The notes under the pieces are model-generated. The model was not told where the DNA came from, did no database searches, and worked only from the letters and a program-made list of their open reading frames with translations. Below, piece by piece: positions 39,530 to 54,348 of a stretch of 64,000 bases of DNA. A program made the position numbers and the translations under genes. Each line of letters begins with the position of its first letter. Position 1 is the first letter of the stretch. Source of the stretch: the human T2T-CHM13v2.0 reference genome, Homo sapiens; assembly GCF_009914755.1 (NCBI RefSeq), contig NC_060926.1. The stretch is one strand, 5' to 3'.

Positions 39530-40030
39530 AATTTGGATGGCTAGGTGAAAAAATAACTATATTTTTCTTTGCAAAAATGTAGTACAATGCATTTAGCTGT
39601 ATGTCCTAGAAAAAGGAAAATAGTTTTTCCAGGAAAGGAACATACCACCCAGAGCTGACCCACTGTTGATATTCTTGCAGATTTTCCCTAAGCAAGTATC
39701 TGTATATTTTTTCCAAAAATCATCTCATATTACACTTACTATTGTTTCATTAGCTGCTTTTTTTTAACTTACCAATATTCTGTCAATTTATTTCTATGAA
39801 AATACATAAAAATCTACACCCTATTTTTTAAATGGCTGCATAGAATCTAGTTGTATGGATACGGATTAATTTACTTAATAGCTTTTCTATTGATATATAT
39901 TGAAGTTGTTTTTTATTTTTCACTGTTATAAATAACTCTGAGATAAACATCATTTTTATACCTTTAAAAAATTATCCAATTATGTTTATAGAATGAATCT
40001 TAGAATTCCTGAGTGAAATGTATATGAATA
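39530..40030 (-). mobile_element. Ancient L1ME fragment
   Basis: TTTTTAAATGGCTGCATAGAATCTAGTTGTATGGATA...TAGAATTCCTGAGTGAAATG. Confidence 0.65.
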
Positions 40031-40463
40031 TATGCCTGTTATAAAAATTCAAGAAAGTGCTCCTCCAACTACAGCCCCCCTCTTCCCCATAGAAGATGTG
40101 GTATATTTGCATGTGTTTTGTGAAGCTGTGGGACACAAGATTAGTGTGACACAAGAAAGATAATGGTTCATGAAACAGTAACAACAACAACAAGAAGAAG
40201 AAACAATTCCTATTAGAAATTTTTCTTCTGACTTCTCCTATTTCCCCACTCCTTCCCCCCTTGTATCATTCAGCTACTCCCTTGAGTCTCTTTTACCTCC
40301 TTTATTATGGGTAGAATGTTTCCTCTTCGGTGTGAAAAGTCAACATTTCATTCATTCAATCAAAAAATACCCATTAAGTGCTACCATGTCTTGTCCTGTT
40401 CTATGTTTAGGGGTTCAGAAGGGAACCAAAGAGAACTGGTCCTCCAGCAGCTTACCAACAAAA

Positions 40464-40491
40464 GAGAGAGAGGGGAGATTGAGAGAGAGAA

Positions 40492-40522
<31 letters not shown>
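40464..40522. repeat. (GA)n microsatellite
   Basis: Directly visible. Confidence 0.95.
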
Positions 40523-40664
40523 CTTGCACTAAGATAATGAGATCTATTTTTTTATTTGTTTATTCTTGAACCTTTACTATATTGTTTAACTTATTGTACC
40601 TTTATGGTATATTTTAATATGAGCAGGGCAAGACCCTTAGAACTATTTTTAAGGGAATCAGTTA

Positions 40665-41019
<355 letters not shown>

Positions 41020-41829
41020 CTAGAGGGATTTCTAGAGGGACTAGGAAACTCCCTTCTGATTAAAAATATTTTGGTACCCAGAGAATTTTGCCTACTTCCT
41101 GGGAGGGAGCAATGCTGACTTCACATGTAGGAAGCCTGGGGCATCCTCAGGTTCAGTCAAAGCAATTTGCTTCCCTCTCATATCTAAAAAGAATCGAGCA
41201 GGCAACAGTAATGTTCCTGTGACTGAAATGATCAGTCCCTGGAGTGGAGCAATGACTTTAGCCAGCATAATAATCAAACTGAATTGCAACATCCTCAGTG
41301 CAGTTCATTGATGCAAAATTGATCATGATGAGAGAAAGAAATAATCAATTTACTCAAGCCATGGCTAACCTGGTTCCCTTGAATGTAACCCAAGTGTAAA
41401 ATGCTCACATTTCTTAAGCAGATTTTTCTTTTATTTTGATTTCTAGCAATTCTATTTCCTTTTAAAATTCAAATAAATATCAACTTTTTACGGTTGTTGA
41501 CGAATAACTTGTGATGCAGATTTTTCCCATATTTGAGTTTTAACTGACTACTGTACTTCCCAGACTAAGTAGAAATTGATTTTAGAAAGTCAAAGGATAC
41601 AATTCTGTCGAATGGTTTTCATTTTACGATGATAGTGTAGTAGCAAATGAGGACATTAGAATAAACATCATGAAGTCTGAGCTGTGAGCATCAATAGTGT
41701 TTTTCTTTTTTAAATAGCTATTAGAGTTATTGAGTTATCCATTTTATAATATTATTTGTGATTATGCTAGAGTCAGAAGAAAAGAGGAAGCTCTGGTAAT
41801 GTAGATTATTTTCTAATGCTTTAAGAAGG

Positions 41830-42030
41830 CATATTGGATAGAGAATCCAAGATTTTGGTTTTTGATCTAGCCCTAAGTCCATACTAGCCTTAGTATGCCA
41901 TTTTTCTTCTGTGAATCTCAGTTGTACCATAGGTAAAATGGGAAAAATAAGACTTGCTTTACCAATATTTTGGATTGTTGAATGCACTGAAAAAGATAAT
42001 GCATAGCAGGCTACTTTATAAAAGGCAAAT
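41830..42030 (+). mobile_element. MIR
   Basis: TTCTGTGAATCTCAGTTGTACCATAGGTAAAATGGGAAAAATAA. Confidence 0.65.
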
Positions 42031-42240
42031 CATGATCAATCTTAAGATACTGTTCAGGGATTGTGCCTATAAAATGCCAAGCAAATATCTAGGAACAGAA
42101 AATGTTGGCCAAATTCCCTCTTGAGTGGTACATTGTAAATAACCCATTTACCCATGAATTAATTTTTGGATCTGATTGAAACAGTCCCAGTGCACGCTAT
42201 CATTTTTAGTGATGGTCATTTTTTGAGCAAATCTAGGGGC

Positions 42241-42259
42241 TCTCTCTCTCTCCAGCACG

Positions 42260-42320
<61 letters not shown>

Positions 42321-42324
42321 TGTG
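42241..42324. repeat. (TC)n(TG)n compound microsatellite
   Basis: Directly visible. Confidence 0.97.
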
Positions 42325-42414
42325 GCGGGGGTCGGGAGGGGGTGGGGGGTATTTTCTTTCCCTAAGAACAATTACTCTTTGGTACCTGAGCATGGAGGAC
42401 CAGATGGTATGGAT

Positions 42415-42908
<494 letters not shown>

Positions 42909-43929
42909 ATGGTAGTAGATTTCAGGAGGCGAAGGTTCTACCTCTTGCTCTGTTGTATTCACGGAGTCTCTCTGGGCCTCACTTTCCTCATCAGTAAAAT
43001 GTCTGCGTTTTTAAGCTGCAATCAAAATCCAAGGGCAGAGGAGCTTCAGATACTTTGTAAATAGTGAAGCATTTAAAGCTAATCTGAAGATTTAAACTGT
43101 CCTAAGAACCCCTCATTGCTTTTATTTCTTTAATATTCCGGGATTTTGAAAGCCTCTGTTTGAAAAGAATTCTATGTCTAAGGAAGTTTAGGGCCCACTA
43201 AGAATCTATGACCTCTGTATTACCTTCTACCTCTGACAATCTTTGGTTATATAGCCACTCTTAAACTGCTCTCAGAGAAAGGTGGCATAAAACTTCTTTC
43301 TTTTGTTTCATGTTCTGGTTATTAAAAGTCAGTGCAAATTTCAGCCACGTTGAGAGACCAGCTCTGAGGATAATTTAGATCTTCAAAGAACACTCCTCTG
43401 GCACCTTGAAAAAGTTGTCTTAAAGCAATTAAATGTTATTTGAAAGAAGGAAAAAGCACAAGCTGACTACTGAATTACAGAAATAGTATTAAAAACCAAA
43501 ACAATCCTTACCCTGGGATCAAAGCCAGGGAGAGGCAGAGCGATCATGTGCAGAGGATCAGGGGAGAGGGGAAGAAAGGGAGGTGTTAAAATGGCTTTGG
43601 TTCAATTAAAGATGTGAATGTGCAATTTGGGGATAGTCTTCTGAATGTGGAACAATAGCTGGCAACAGAAACATGAATGGCCCCACGAGAACTCGCAATG
43701 CAAGAAACGCTGGATTATGCGTCTCTGTTCAGACAAGGGGCCAAGTAAAGGAACAAAACAAACAAGTGGACATAATTGTTTGCCATACAAGGGAGCCACA
43801 GACCACTCAGCATATGGTGTGTGGAGATTTTGGAATGCATGGGAAATCTCATTTGGAATGACTATTCTGGTTTCAGAGACCTGGGAGCCAGATGGGAATG
43901 GGCCTGACTGGAAGATGAGGTGAATTGTA

Positions 43930-44170
43930 CTCTACATTTTGTATGCAAAACAGTATTTCTCAGTTTCATCGCCCACGTTATTCACAAAACTTGGCTCCAG
44001 AAGACTTTTATTGCTTCCCAAACTCAAATCTTTCCACAAAGTACAAAGATATGCGATTAGTGAGGATATTTGGGAAACACACTGCAGACTCTGGAGAAAA
44101 TTCCTAAAAAAGGAGACACAAAACTCTTTTGAGTAACATAGGGACTAAGTGCATTGAGTTCCCAGGTATC
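43930..44170 (+). mobile_element. MARNA-like ancient mariner transposase C-terminal relic
   Basis: Frameshifted peptides HRPRYSQNLAPEDFYCFP / PKLKSFHKVQRYAISEDI match the mariner HPPYSPDLAPxDFxLFPKLK...RF...EDI pattern. Confidence 0.8.
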
Positions 44171-45073
44171 TAGTGAGGATTGGCCTCGCTGGGTACGGGA
44201 GGCTGATGCTTGGTGCTTTTTGTGCCCTGTTTACGGAGCTTTCAGAAAATGAAGAAGACTGGGCTGCAGACCTGTGGGGCCTGGTGAGAGGTAGCTGCGT
44301 TGCAGTCTGTGGGACATTGCAACTTAGATGCAAGAATTCACAAAGCACCAAGTATAGGGAATCTATGTCCTGGCAAGACATAGATATGAAAAAAAAAAAA
44401 ACCCAACTCTACAAGTCTATGCATGCTAAGGATGTTAGGTCATTGGTTCTGAGCCAGTTATAAGAAGGGGCAGAAAGAGAAATTCTTAGAGCAAATACAT
44501 CTGGGACAGTTTAAGTAAAATGGATTTTTTAAAAAAATTCAGGACTTCTCATAGCTTTTGCTATTCTAGGGAAGGGATATTGTATGCAGCATTTTCCAAG
44601 TGTATTTGCTCATGGAACCATTTATTTGCATGACATCTCCTGGGACTAATGTTCTGTGGAACACAAAGGAAAGAAACCAGGTCAAACAATCTTAGGGACC
44701 TTAGTCTTTCCTCATCTTAGAAATCAGGTTATAGGCTCCAAGAAGGAAAATGATTTTCCCAAGAGCACACAGGTGGTTTTTGGCTCACTCTGGATGAGAA
44801 GCCAGTGCGTGACATGCGAGATAACAGGTCTTAGCTATCCAGGCGTCTCTTTCTACTACATCCTACTGGATTTGTCATCGTTGCTTTGTGTGCCTCTGAG
44901 GAAGGGGCTCGATGCTATTCTACAGTAACTCAGAACAGGAGAAGGGTAATCAGGGGTCAAATTTTAAGGGGGCTTGAATGCCAGGCATGTTTGGATTTTA
45001 TCCTGTTGCATTATTCTTCCATTTTGGTGCTTATGACATTGCATCATCATTGTCTCTCAGTGGCAGATGCTGT

Positions 45074-45812
45074 TGAAACAGGAGAGTTCCCTGATCCCCC
45101 TCGCAGGACATGTGACAGGGGTGTGGGTTGCTTGTTCAGTCACCACCACTGCTCAAACCCCTGACAGGAGGGGGAGCACACAGACGGGCAGGTGCAGGAG
45201 CCCAAGTGGGCATGTGTGACAGTGTGCCCTTTTAGCCTTGCCGTCTGCGGATGGCTTGAGTGTTAACCAGCTCAGTGGACCCTCTGCCTTTCTGCAAGGG
45301 CAGAGGGCTGGTGTGACAGCTTTCTGTACCCCGAGTTCTTGTTCAGCATCCTGGAAGGATTGGGTCACACACAGACTTGAAGGATGAATGCAGGGTTTTA
45401 CTGAGTGGTGGGGGTGGTGCTCAGTGGGATGGATGGGAGCTGGAAAGGTATGGAGTGGGAGATGATCTTCCTCTGGAATTGGGCCATCCAGCAGCTGAAT
45501 TGCTCTCCAATCGCCCCCAGCTGAACTCCTCTTGGTGTTCATATGTTCCTCCTCTTCTCTCTTTCCTGCAGTGTCATTCTGCTGTTCATCTGCTTGTCTC
45601 CTCGTCTCCTCATCTGCTCATCTGCTACTGGAGCCTAGGGTTTGGGGTTTGTATGGGTACAAGATAGGGGGCATGGCAGGCCAAAAGACAACTTTTTGGG
45701 TGCAAAAACAGGAATCCCTGTCCCTGTTTAGGGCCGTGGGTCTCCAGCCTTGAGGATGGGGTCTTTGTCGGGGAACCGTCCTTTTCTATTTCTTTGTCTG
45801 CTGTCCATATCA
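45074..45812 (-). mobile_element. LTR1-family (HUERS-P2, ERV1) solo LTR
   Basis: Reverse of TGATATGGACAG...GGTTCCCCG.CAAAG.CCCCA.CCTCAAG...TGTACCCATA.AAACCCCAAACCC. Confidence 0.88.
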
Positions 45813-45905
45813 GTTACTTTGCTCACAGTTCTTGCTTCTTGTCCCACCCTTGCCGTGCTGGATGGAGTGCACTTTCTCACCCCATTGATGTTGGGTTGAG
45901 CCATG

Positions 45906-46289
45906 TGTTATGGGCTCAAGTGCATACCCCTCAAATTCTTATGCTGAAGTCCTATCACCCAGGACCTTAGAATGTGACTGTATTTGGAGATAGGATTTTT
46001 AAAAACTAATTAAGTTAAAAGAGGTCAATAATCTGTGCCCTAATCCAATATGACTGGTGTCCTTACAAGTAGAGGAAATTTGGACACAGACTCTTACAGA
46101 GGAAAGACCAGGTCTTTCTGTAGTAGGCAGACATTTACAAGCCAGGGAGAGAGGTCTCAGAAGAAACCAAACCTGCTGACACCTTGATTTTGGACTTGGA
46201 GCTTGCAGAACTGTGAGGAAATAAATTTCTGTCATTTAAGTCACCCAGTGTGTGGTACCTTGTAGTGGCAGCCCTAGTAGATTAATACA
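45906..46289 (+). mobile_element. MLT1B solo LTR
   Basis: TGTTATGGGCT...TAATACA; perfect TSD CCATG (45901-45905, 46290-46294). Confidence 0.92.
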
Positions 46290-46611
46290 CCATGTGACTT
46301 GCTTTGGTCCAAGGCACGTGGGTGGAAGTGCCTGTGAACCAGCTCTGAGTGCAGCCCTTCAGAGGCATTGCTTGTTTCCACTTGCCCCTCTTGTGCTTCT
46401 GCCACATCTTCTAAGAAGAGCATGCCCTGGACAGCGGCTGACCCCAGAAAGAGCCATGGGGAGCAGAGTAGACCCAAATCCAACTTGTAGCTTCAAGCAG
46501 AGCCACCCAGCCAGTATACAGACCTGTGAGGAAGAAAAATAAACCACTGAAATTCTGGGGTTGTTCCTCATGCAGCATTTTTGAGCAACAGTTGACTCAT
46601 TCATTCCTCCA

Positions 46612-46712
46612 CTTTACTGTAAGCTCATTAAGGGCAAGACTCACTTGTGCTTGGTTGTATTCCCAGCTCCTAGCACTGTGCCTGGCACACAGTAGGTGCT
46701 CAGTAAATGCTT
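46612..46712 (+). mobile_element. L2 3' end
   Basis: CCTAGCACTGTGCCTGGCACACAGTAGGTGCTCAGTAAATG. Confidence 0.85.
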
Positions 46713-46883
46713 TTATAATTTATGCACAAAGAGGGATGAGCCCAGGAAGATTTTTGAGCAGTTAGATGATGTGAGTTTTGAGCAGCTTAATTTGGCAGTG
46801 ATATATAGAACAGATTAGAGGGATGGTGACCAATTAGGATATCGTTGTCTAGGGAAGAAGTAATGAAGACTTGGACCAGAGAG

Positions 46884-47061
46884 TGGGGTGCATTCAGGTC
46901 CTGTGGAGTCTGAAGCTTAGATCATTTTGGAGGCTGTCTTTGGAGGTCAATGAATACAAACTTATGAGTATAAAATTAAGGACAGGCCCTTGGAAGGGTC
47001 CCTTGGAAGTTAGGTGCCCTGAAGCTTAAGTGTTATTAGATTCACGGTAAATCCAGCTCTA
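46884..47061 (+). mobile_element. MER53 (hAT)
   Basis: GCCCTGAAGCTTAAG...TTCACGGTAAATCC; 8-bp TSD CCAGAGAG/CCAGAGGG. Confidence 0.85.
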
Positions 47062-47149
47062 CCAGAGGGCCATAGTAGCAGACACCGTCTGAGTAAAAAT
47101 TATTTGTACAGCACTGTGCTGTGTGCTTTATATGTATTATCTTATTTGT

Positions 47150-47380
47150 TTTAGTTAATGAAATGCTGGCTTCTGTAAGAAATAAACCACAAAATGTCAG
47201 GGACCTAACACATGACATCTGTTGTGGGTTCAATCTCCTCAAAATTCATGTTGAAGTCCTAACCCCCAGTACCCCAGATTGTGACCTGTTTTGGAAATAG
47301 GGTTGTTGCAGATGAGGACATCAGAGTGGTCCCTAATCCAATAAGACTGGTCTCCTTATAAAAAGGAGAAACTTGCATGT

Positions 47381-47414
<34 letters not shown>

Positions 47415-48020
47415 AGAGAGAACACTATGTGAAGATAAAGGCAAGAAACTGGGTGATGCTTCTACAAGCCAAGAAATGCTAAATATTGCCAGCAAACCAT
47501 CCAAGGTTAGAGGAGAGCTGTGGAGCAGATTCTCCTTCACAACCCTCAGAAGGAACCAACCCTGCCAATACCTTGATCTTGGACTTCTAACTTCCAGAAC
47601 CATGAGACAACAAATTTCTGTTGTTTAATCCACTCCATGTGTGTATGTTGTTATGGCAGCCCTAGCAAACTAATACAACATCCAAAAGAGTGTTCATGAT
47701 TGGTAGGTGGCTGTCATCCGGGAGTTATCAGGGACCTAGGCTTTTCCCATCTTATGGTTCTACCATCTTCAACACATGACTTCCAAGATCCTTGGGCTGG
47801 TCTACCAGAAGATGATGGAGGATGGAGAGCACAGAGGATCACAAGAGAATGGTGTTATGGGCCACATCTGGAAGCAGTAGACACCATTTCCACTGACATT
47901 CTACTGGTTGGAACACAGTCACATTGTCACACCTAAAGCAAAGGATGCTGGGAAGTGTGGTCTGACTATGCACCCAGGAAGAAGAGGAAATGGATGTGGA
48001 GATTAGACAGCTTGTCTTAG
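47150..48020 (-). mobile_element. MLT1J-like LTR split by MLT1C
   Basis: CAGGGACCTAGGCTTTTCCCATCTT...GCTGGGAAGTGTGGTCT...CCCAGGAAGAAGAGGAAATGG. Confidence 0.75.
47220..47677 (+). mobile_element. MLT1C/B solo LTR with internal (CA)n
   Basis: TGTTGTGGG...CTAATACA; perfect TSD ACATC (47215-47219, 47678-47682). Confidence 0.92.
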
Positions 48021-49302
48021 CCTTATCTCATAATGTTGCTCCCAAAGCCAGGCCGTTGTGGAGACTGGAGCGCAAGCCCTATGTGGCAGATCCCTATGGC
48101 CTCATCTGCAGGATCACCCACCTGCCAAGGTGGTTTGACTGACTTGAGCTAGGTGAAGAATCATTCTGGTGTGCAGATAAACAATGGTGTGAAGGGTATG
48201 TCTCTTCCCTGATACAAAAGTTACCTTCTCTGCCCTGCAGGTGCTTTGGTTGAGAAACTGCACTGATTTCTAGACGGAGAACCTACTGGCTCTTTCATCT
48301 CTGACCTGTGTTTATTTGGTAATGATTGACTAAGCCCCAGACATGGTTAAGAGGTTAGAAAAGCATCAGATCATTATGGCTAAAATAAGTTGAATATTGG
48401 CTAAAGGAAAAACCTAAACACATACTCAGAAAAAGTGGTTATTCTTATTTTTAATGTTAGTAGCCTGGATTAATTTTATTTGCTGAATAAAAACATGACT
48501 TTAACAATAGCTCCACCTTTGCTATGACACTGGTCTTTTGACTCCTTTGCTTTTCCCCTTATATTGAAAAATGTTGATTCTAACTCAGCTCCATTTGAGC
48601 CTAGGGCAATTTAGGATTTTATTTTCTCATTTAACAAAGAGGTAAATTTAGTTGGATTATTTTCAAGTCATCTCTAAAGGGGAGTATTTGTGCTAAGCAT
48701 AGGAATACCCTCTGGTTTTGCTATCCCTGACATTTGGTAACACCTTTGTTTTGTGCTATACAATTCTCCTGAGTGTCTCTTATCTCCCAGGAACACCCAC
48801 CTTGTTCAAGTGGTATTGCCTTTTTAGAAAATAGGTTTTAATTTTCTTAAGGTGAAACATTTCCCTCGTTTACTTTTCATTCACTCAACAAACACTGAAT
48901 GCCTTGCAGTGCCAGATCCCCAGAGTACTAAAGTGAATAAGACAGTCTCTGCCCTCCAAAAACCTAGTGTCTAGTGGGGTTGGTCCCATTGTCCCAGGAA
49001 CTTGTACTGTGTGTTGTGGAAAGCCTGGTTTTCATATTCTATGTTCCAGGGGACAGTTTAACACATTGACTGAAAAGATTGAACACAATTTTGATATTCT
49101 TAAAATCCTACAAGGTATATGCCTAGACATAGGCATAAATAGAAATAATTTTCCTTATTTTGTAGTCAAGCAGAATGTGAACATGGTATCTCTGAAAAAT
49201 TGTATATTGCTTAAAAATAATGAGAAGTGAGTCATTGACTTTTACTTTATTAGATAGCAGCTCCCTTTTAAATGAATTATTGAAATATATTAGGAAAGAA
49301 CC

Positions 49303-49663
49303 TGATGTGGTTTGGCTGTGTCCCCACCCAAATCTCATCTTGAACTGTAGCTCCCATAATTCCCACATGTTGTGGGAGGGACCCAGTGGGAGATAATTGA
49401 ATCATGGGGCGGTATCCTCCATACTCTTCTTGTGGTAGTGAATAAGTCTCACTAGATCTGATGATTTCATAAGGGGAAACCTCTTTCCCTTGGTTTTCAT
49501 TCTCTTTCGTCTGCAGCCATGTAAGATGTGCCTTTCACCTTCCGCCATGATTGTGAGGACTCCCTAGCCACATGGAACAGCAAGTCCATTCAACCTGTTT
49601 TCCTTTATAAATTACCCAGTCTTGAGTATGTCTTTATCAGCAGCATGAAAATGGACTAATACA
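49303..49663 (+). mobile_element. THE1B solo LTR
   Basis: TGATGTGGTTTGGCTGTGTCCCCACCC...ATCAGCAGCATGAAAATGGACTAATACA; TSD GAACC/GAACA. Confidence 0.95.
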
Positions 49664-50174
49664 GAACATGATAGGAAATAGTTTATATTATTTTCTTTCC
49701 TTCCCTCTTTTTCTCTCTTTCTCCCTTTTCCTTCTTCCCTTCCTCTTTTCCTTCCTTCCTCCTTCCCTCCCCACTCTCTCTTCTTCTTTTTTTCTTAATA
49801 ATTTAACATTTATTGAGAGATCTCATGAGGGAGGGCATGGGGATACAGAGATGTGTAGGCCCAGCCCTATTATAGTCTAACAGGAGACATGAGGAGGAAA
49901 TCCAAGTCTCTGTCATTAAGGCATATTTTGGTGGAGTGAACATCACATTCCTCATCAACTTTTCCCAGCCAGTCTTCTAAGAAGGGTATAAAACATGAGA
50001 GATTACTTCATCCACTTGATTTTGTCTCTTGTGTTACATTTTGACATAACACATTTATGTTCAGAACAGCCCTTCTTGACAATATGTTGCTCAATAATTG
50101 GATTTTTGTTGATTTGATAAAATCAAATCGCTTGACTCATTGGGAGAATTTCTGACTTCTTCTGCTGTACATTG

Positions 50175-50487
50175 TGGGCATCAGCAAACTATGGCCATCT
50201 GTTTTTGTATGGCCTGTGGTCTAAGAAAAGATTTAAAATGTTTAAATGGTTGAAAAAAAGTCAAAGAAAGAATATTTTGTGACATGAGAAAATTATATGA
50301 AATGCAGCTTTCTGTGTCCACAAATAAAATTTTATTGGAACACAGCCATGCTCATTAATTTATGTATTGTTCATGGCTCCTTTTGCTACAGTGGCAGATT
50401 GAGGAGTTGTGATCAAGGCCATATGGCCCAGAAATGAAGCTGAAAATGTTTCCTATCTGGCCCTTTAAGAAGGCTTGCTAATCCCTG
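50175..50487 (+). mobile_element. MER58B (hAT-Charlie)
   Basis: TCAGCAAACTATGGCC...AATAAAATTTTATTGGAACACAGCCATGCTCATT...TATCTGGCCCTTTA...CCCTG. Confidence 0.88.
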
Positions 50488-50578
50488 ATAATATATTGTT
50501 TTATTTGCTAGTGGAGAAGTGTTAACAAAAAAGGCATCTCAACTCCTGGCTCCAGAATCTCTTGAAGGGAGGAAATTA

Positions 50579-50979
<401 letters not shown>

Positions 50980-51009
50980 TCAAGGTGGAAAGATGGCATT
51001 TATGATAAG

Positions 51010-51225
51010 ACATACACAGGTTTGAATCCCAGCTCTGTGTAACTTTGGGCCAGTCATTTAACATTTCTGAGCTTATTTATCATAAGGGAACAAAAATAGA
51101 GTTTATCTCTCAGGTTTGTGTGAAGATAAAATGAATTAAAGTCTATAAAGCACTTAGCATAGGGCCTGGCATATGGCAAGCTTGCAATCTCTATAGTTAT
51201 GAGTTATTACTATTATTACCATTAT
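51010..51225 (+). mobile_element. MIRb
   Basis: GGTTTGAATCCCAGCTCTG...AAAGCACTTAGCATAGGGCCTGGCATAT. Confidence 0.85.
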
Positions 51226-51869
51226 TATATTTCTAGGATATAGGAGAATTAAGTGAAATAATGTGTGTGAAGTGCTTAGAATACTGGCTAGCAAAATCTC
51301 TTTCATGATCCAGTGGAAGATCCCATGATACTCAATCCTCCTCGGACCCAGGTCTGTGATCCAGTCTTATCCGCGATGTCAGACAGGTACAGATGTGCAT
51401 CTGAAGCTGGAACTGATAACAGGGACACCTGAAGAGACTAGGTCATGTGGCCGTTGGGTGTGAAGGCTGAGGGTGATAAATGGTGGGATTTTAACACAGC
51501 AGTATCATTGCATAGAGCTGACTGTGATTACAGCGGTCATCTCCTTAGCGGTTTGAGCAGGAAGACGTGATTATTGGTGTGGTACGAGATGCAATATTTA
51601 GAAAGAATCTAGTGATAGTGATAATGAAGGCTGTTAGATTAATTTGCCAAGAAAGTAAGGAATTCCTAGGAAATGGAATTATTTTGCCTCAAACAACAGA
51701 GGCTAGGAGACGCTGAGGAGTATTTTGTGATGATGCTGAGTAGTTTAGAGATTTTATCCTCAGCAAGTTTCCCATCAGCTATTCATTTAGAATGAACACT
51801 ATTGGCTGGCTTATACACTGCTTTTGAACCACGTGTTAAATTACATGAATGGACACCTTTCTCTGTGTG

Positions 51870-52015
51870 TGAGTAGTTGTTAAGAGCTTGGTTTTTGAAG
51901 CCAAAATGACCAACGAGATTCAGATCTTGGCTCTGCCATTTATTAACAGCGACTTTGGGCAAGTGACTTCACCTGTCTGTGCCTCATCTGTAAATCAGGA
52001 ACAATAATAACACCA
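51870..52015 (+). mobile_element. MIR
   Basis: GGCTCTGCCATTTATTA...TTGGGCAAGTGACTTCACCTGTCTGTGCCTC. Confidence 0.85.
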
Positions 52016-52024
52016 ATTCATAGC

Positions 52025-52868
<844 letters not shown>

Positions 52869-53919
52869 GATTGTTGCTGTTTTTAAAGCTCTGGGGCAAT
52901 TTTTGCCTCATAGGAAACATCATATAATTACATGTAAATACATCCATAACTGGGAGATTAGGGTAGGGGAAGGCAGCCCTTCCCAGGTAGCCCTTGACCA
53001 GATAGTCAAGTCTTGGCTGTTCCAAAATCAAAGGCTTCTGTTTTCTTTAAGGCCATCTTGCCTGTTTTCATAAAAGTCTGAAATACGGAGGAGACCCTGA
53101 TTTATATTTTCCATAGAAGAGAAGAGAGATTGAGATGGTAAGTACCAAAAAAATTAAAAGTCATTTTGGTTTTTCAATTCATTACTTCTGGAAAAAAAAT
53201 TCAAGCCCATCATCATTACTAGCGCTCTGTTTTAATGCTGATGATAATTGCAAAGGCAGTATTTTAAATTAGAATGTATAAGACCACATGTAATTAACCT
53301 ATACAGAAGGGCTGAGACTTCATATTAGACTATTAAATCAATCCCAGCAGAATCACTAACGCTGAGCAATTGATTTGGAAATACTGTATGGGCAGAGTAA
53401 AGAAGCGGGATGCTAATTACCATCAACGAGAATTTAGTACACTCCTCAGATGCTGTTAGAGTGGCAGGCTTTTTCTTCTGGCCCTTAACCCACTTAAAGC
53501 TGAGAATTCAAATTAGCTCAGATAGAATACTTAAAACAACCTTTACGTTGTTTAAGGCAAGAGAGGATTTTCTGAGCGTGGCAATCACAAGGGGACTCTC
53601 AGACCGTCTGGTGCGGTGACTCTCAGTGGACTCAGCTTGTGTGAGATGCTGATGAGAAGTCCCAGGAAGGGTCTGGCTGTAGTGTTTCCTCACGGCGGAC
53701 ATGGGTTGCCCCCTCTAACTCTGGCACTGTGTGTACCTCCCTTTACACAGCGCTCTCCATCGTCACTCATTCTCGTTTCTTGTTGTTTTTGCCCTGCAAC
53801 ATCCATTTTCTTTCTTTATTCTTTCTTATTTCCACTGAATCCTTCAAGCATCCAGCAAGTACCCACTGGCTATCTAACAAGAAAAAATAGCCACAATAGT
53901 TTGTGTTTATTGAGTACTA

Positions 53920-54348
53920 GGGCAGATAATGGAAGCTCTCTATGAGAATCTAGTCCCTGCTTCCCCTAGAGTAAGGTGATTGTAACCAGACACAAGGCTA
54001 AACTATTATACATTTCTCAGACTCTCTTGCAGTGAGGTATGGCGTGTCCTCTCCATGACAATGTGAGGGAAAGTGATGTGTGCCACTTCCAGGTGAGGCC
54101 TTCAAAAGAATGGATGTGTATCCTCTGATTTTTCCCCACTCTCTCTTTTTTTTTTTTTTTGCTGATTGAAGAAAGGCCTTAGAGACACAAGATGGAGTGG
54201 GAATGGGCCCTTGAATCACCATGTAGAGTAAGGACAACGTCAACCAGGTTCACATTCCTGGGCCTATCATGCAAACAGGAAATATTTTGTTTGAGGTGTT
54301 CTACCTTTAGGGTTCATTTTTGTATCCCTTTAGCTTACCCCTATAATG
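53920..54348 (+). mobile_element. MLT1J-type LTR inside a minus-strand MIR
   Basis: TACATTTCTCAGACTCTCTTGCAG...GAAAGTGATGTGTGCCACTTCCAGG; MIR resumes ~54350-54500. Confidence 0.7.

Larger units (their letters stand above)
45060..46603 (+). mobile_element. MLT1I-like LTR hosting LTR1 and MLT1B insertions
   Basis: CCCCATTGATGTTGGGTTGAGCCATG | TGACTTGCTTTGG...GCAACAGTTGACTCATTCA. Confidence 0.7.
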
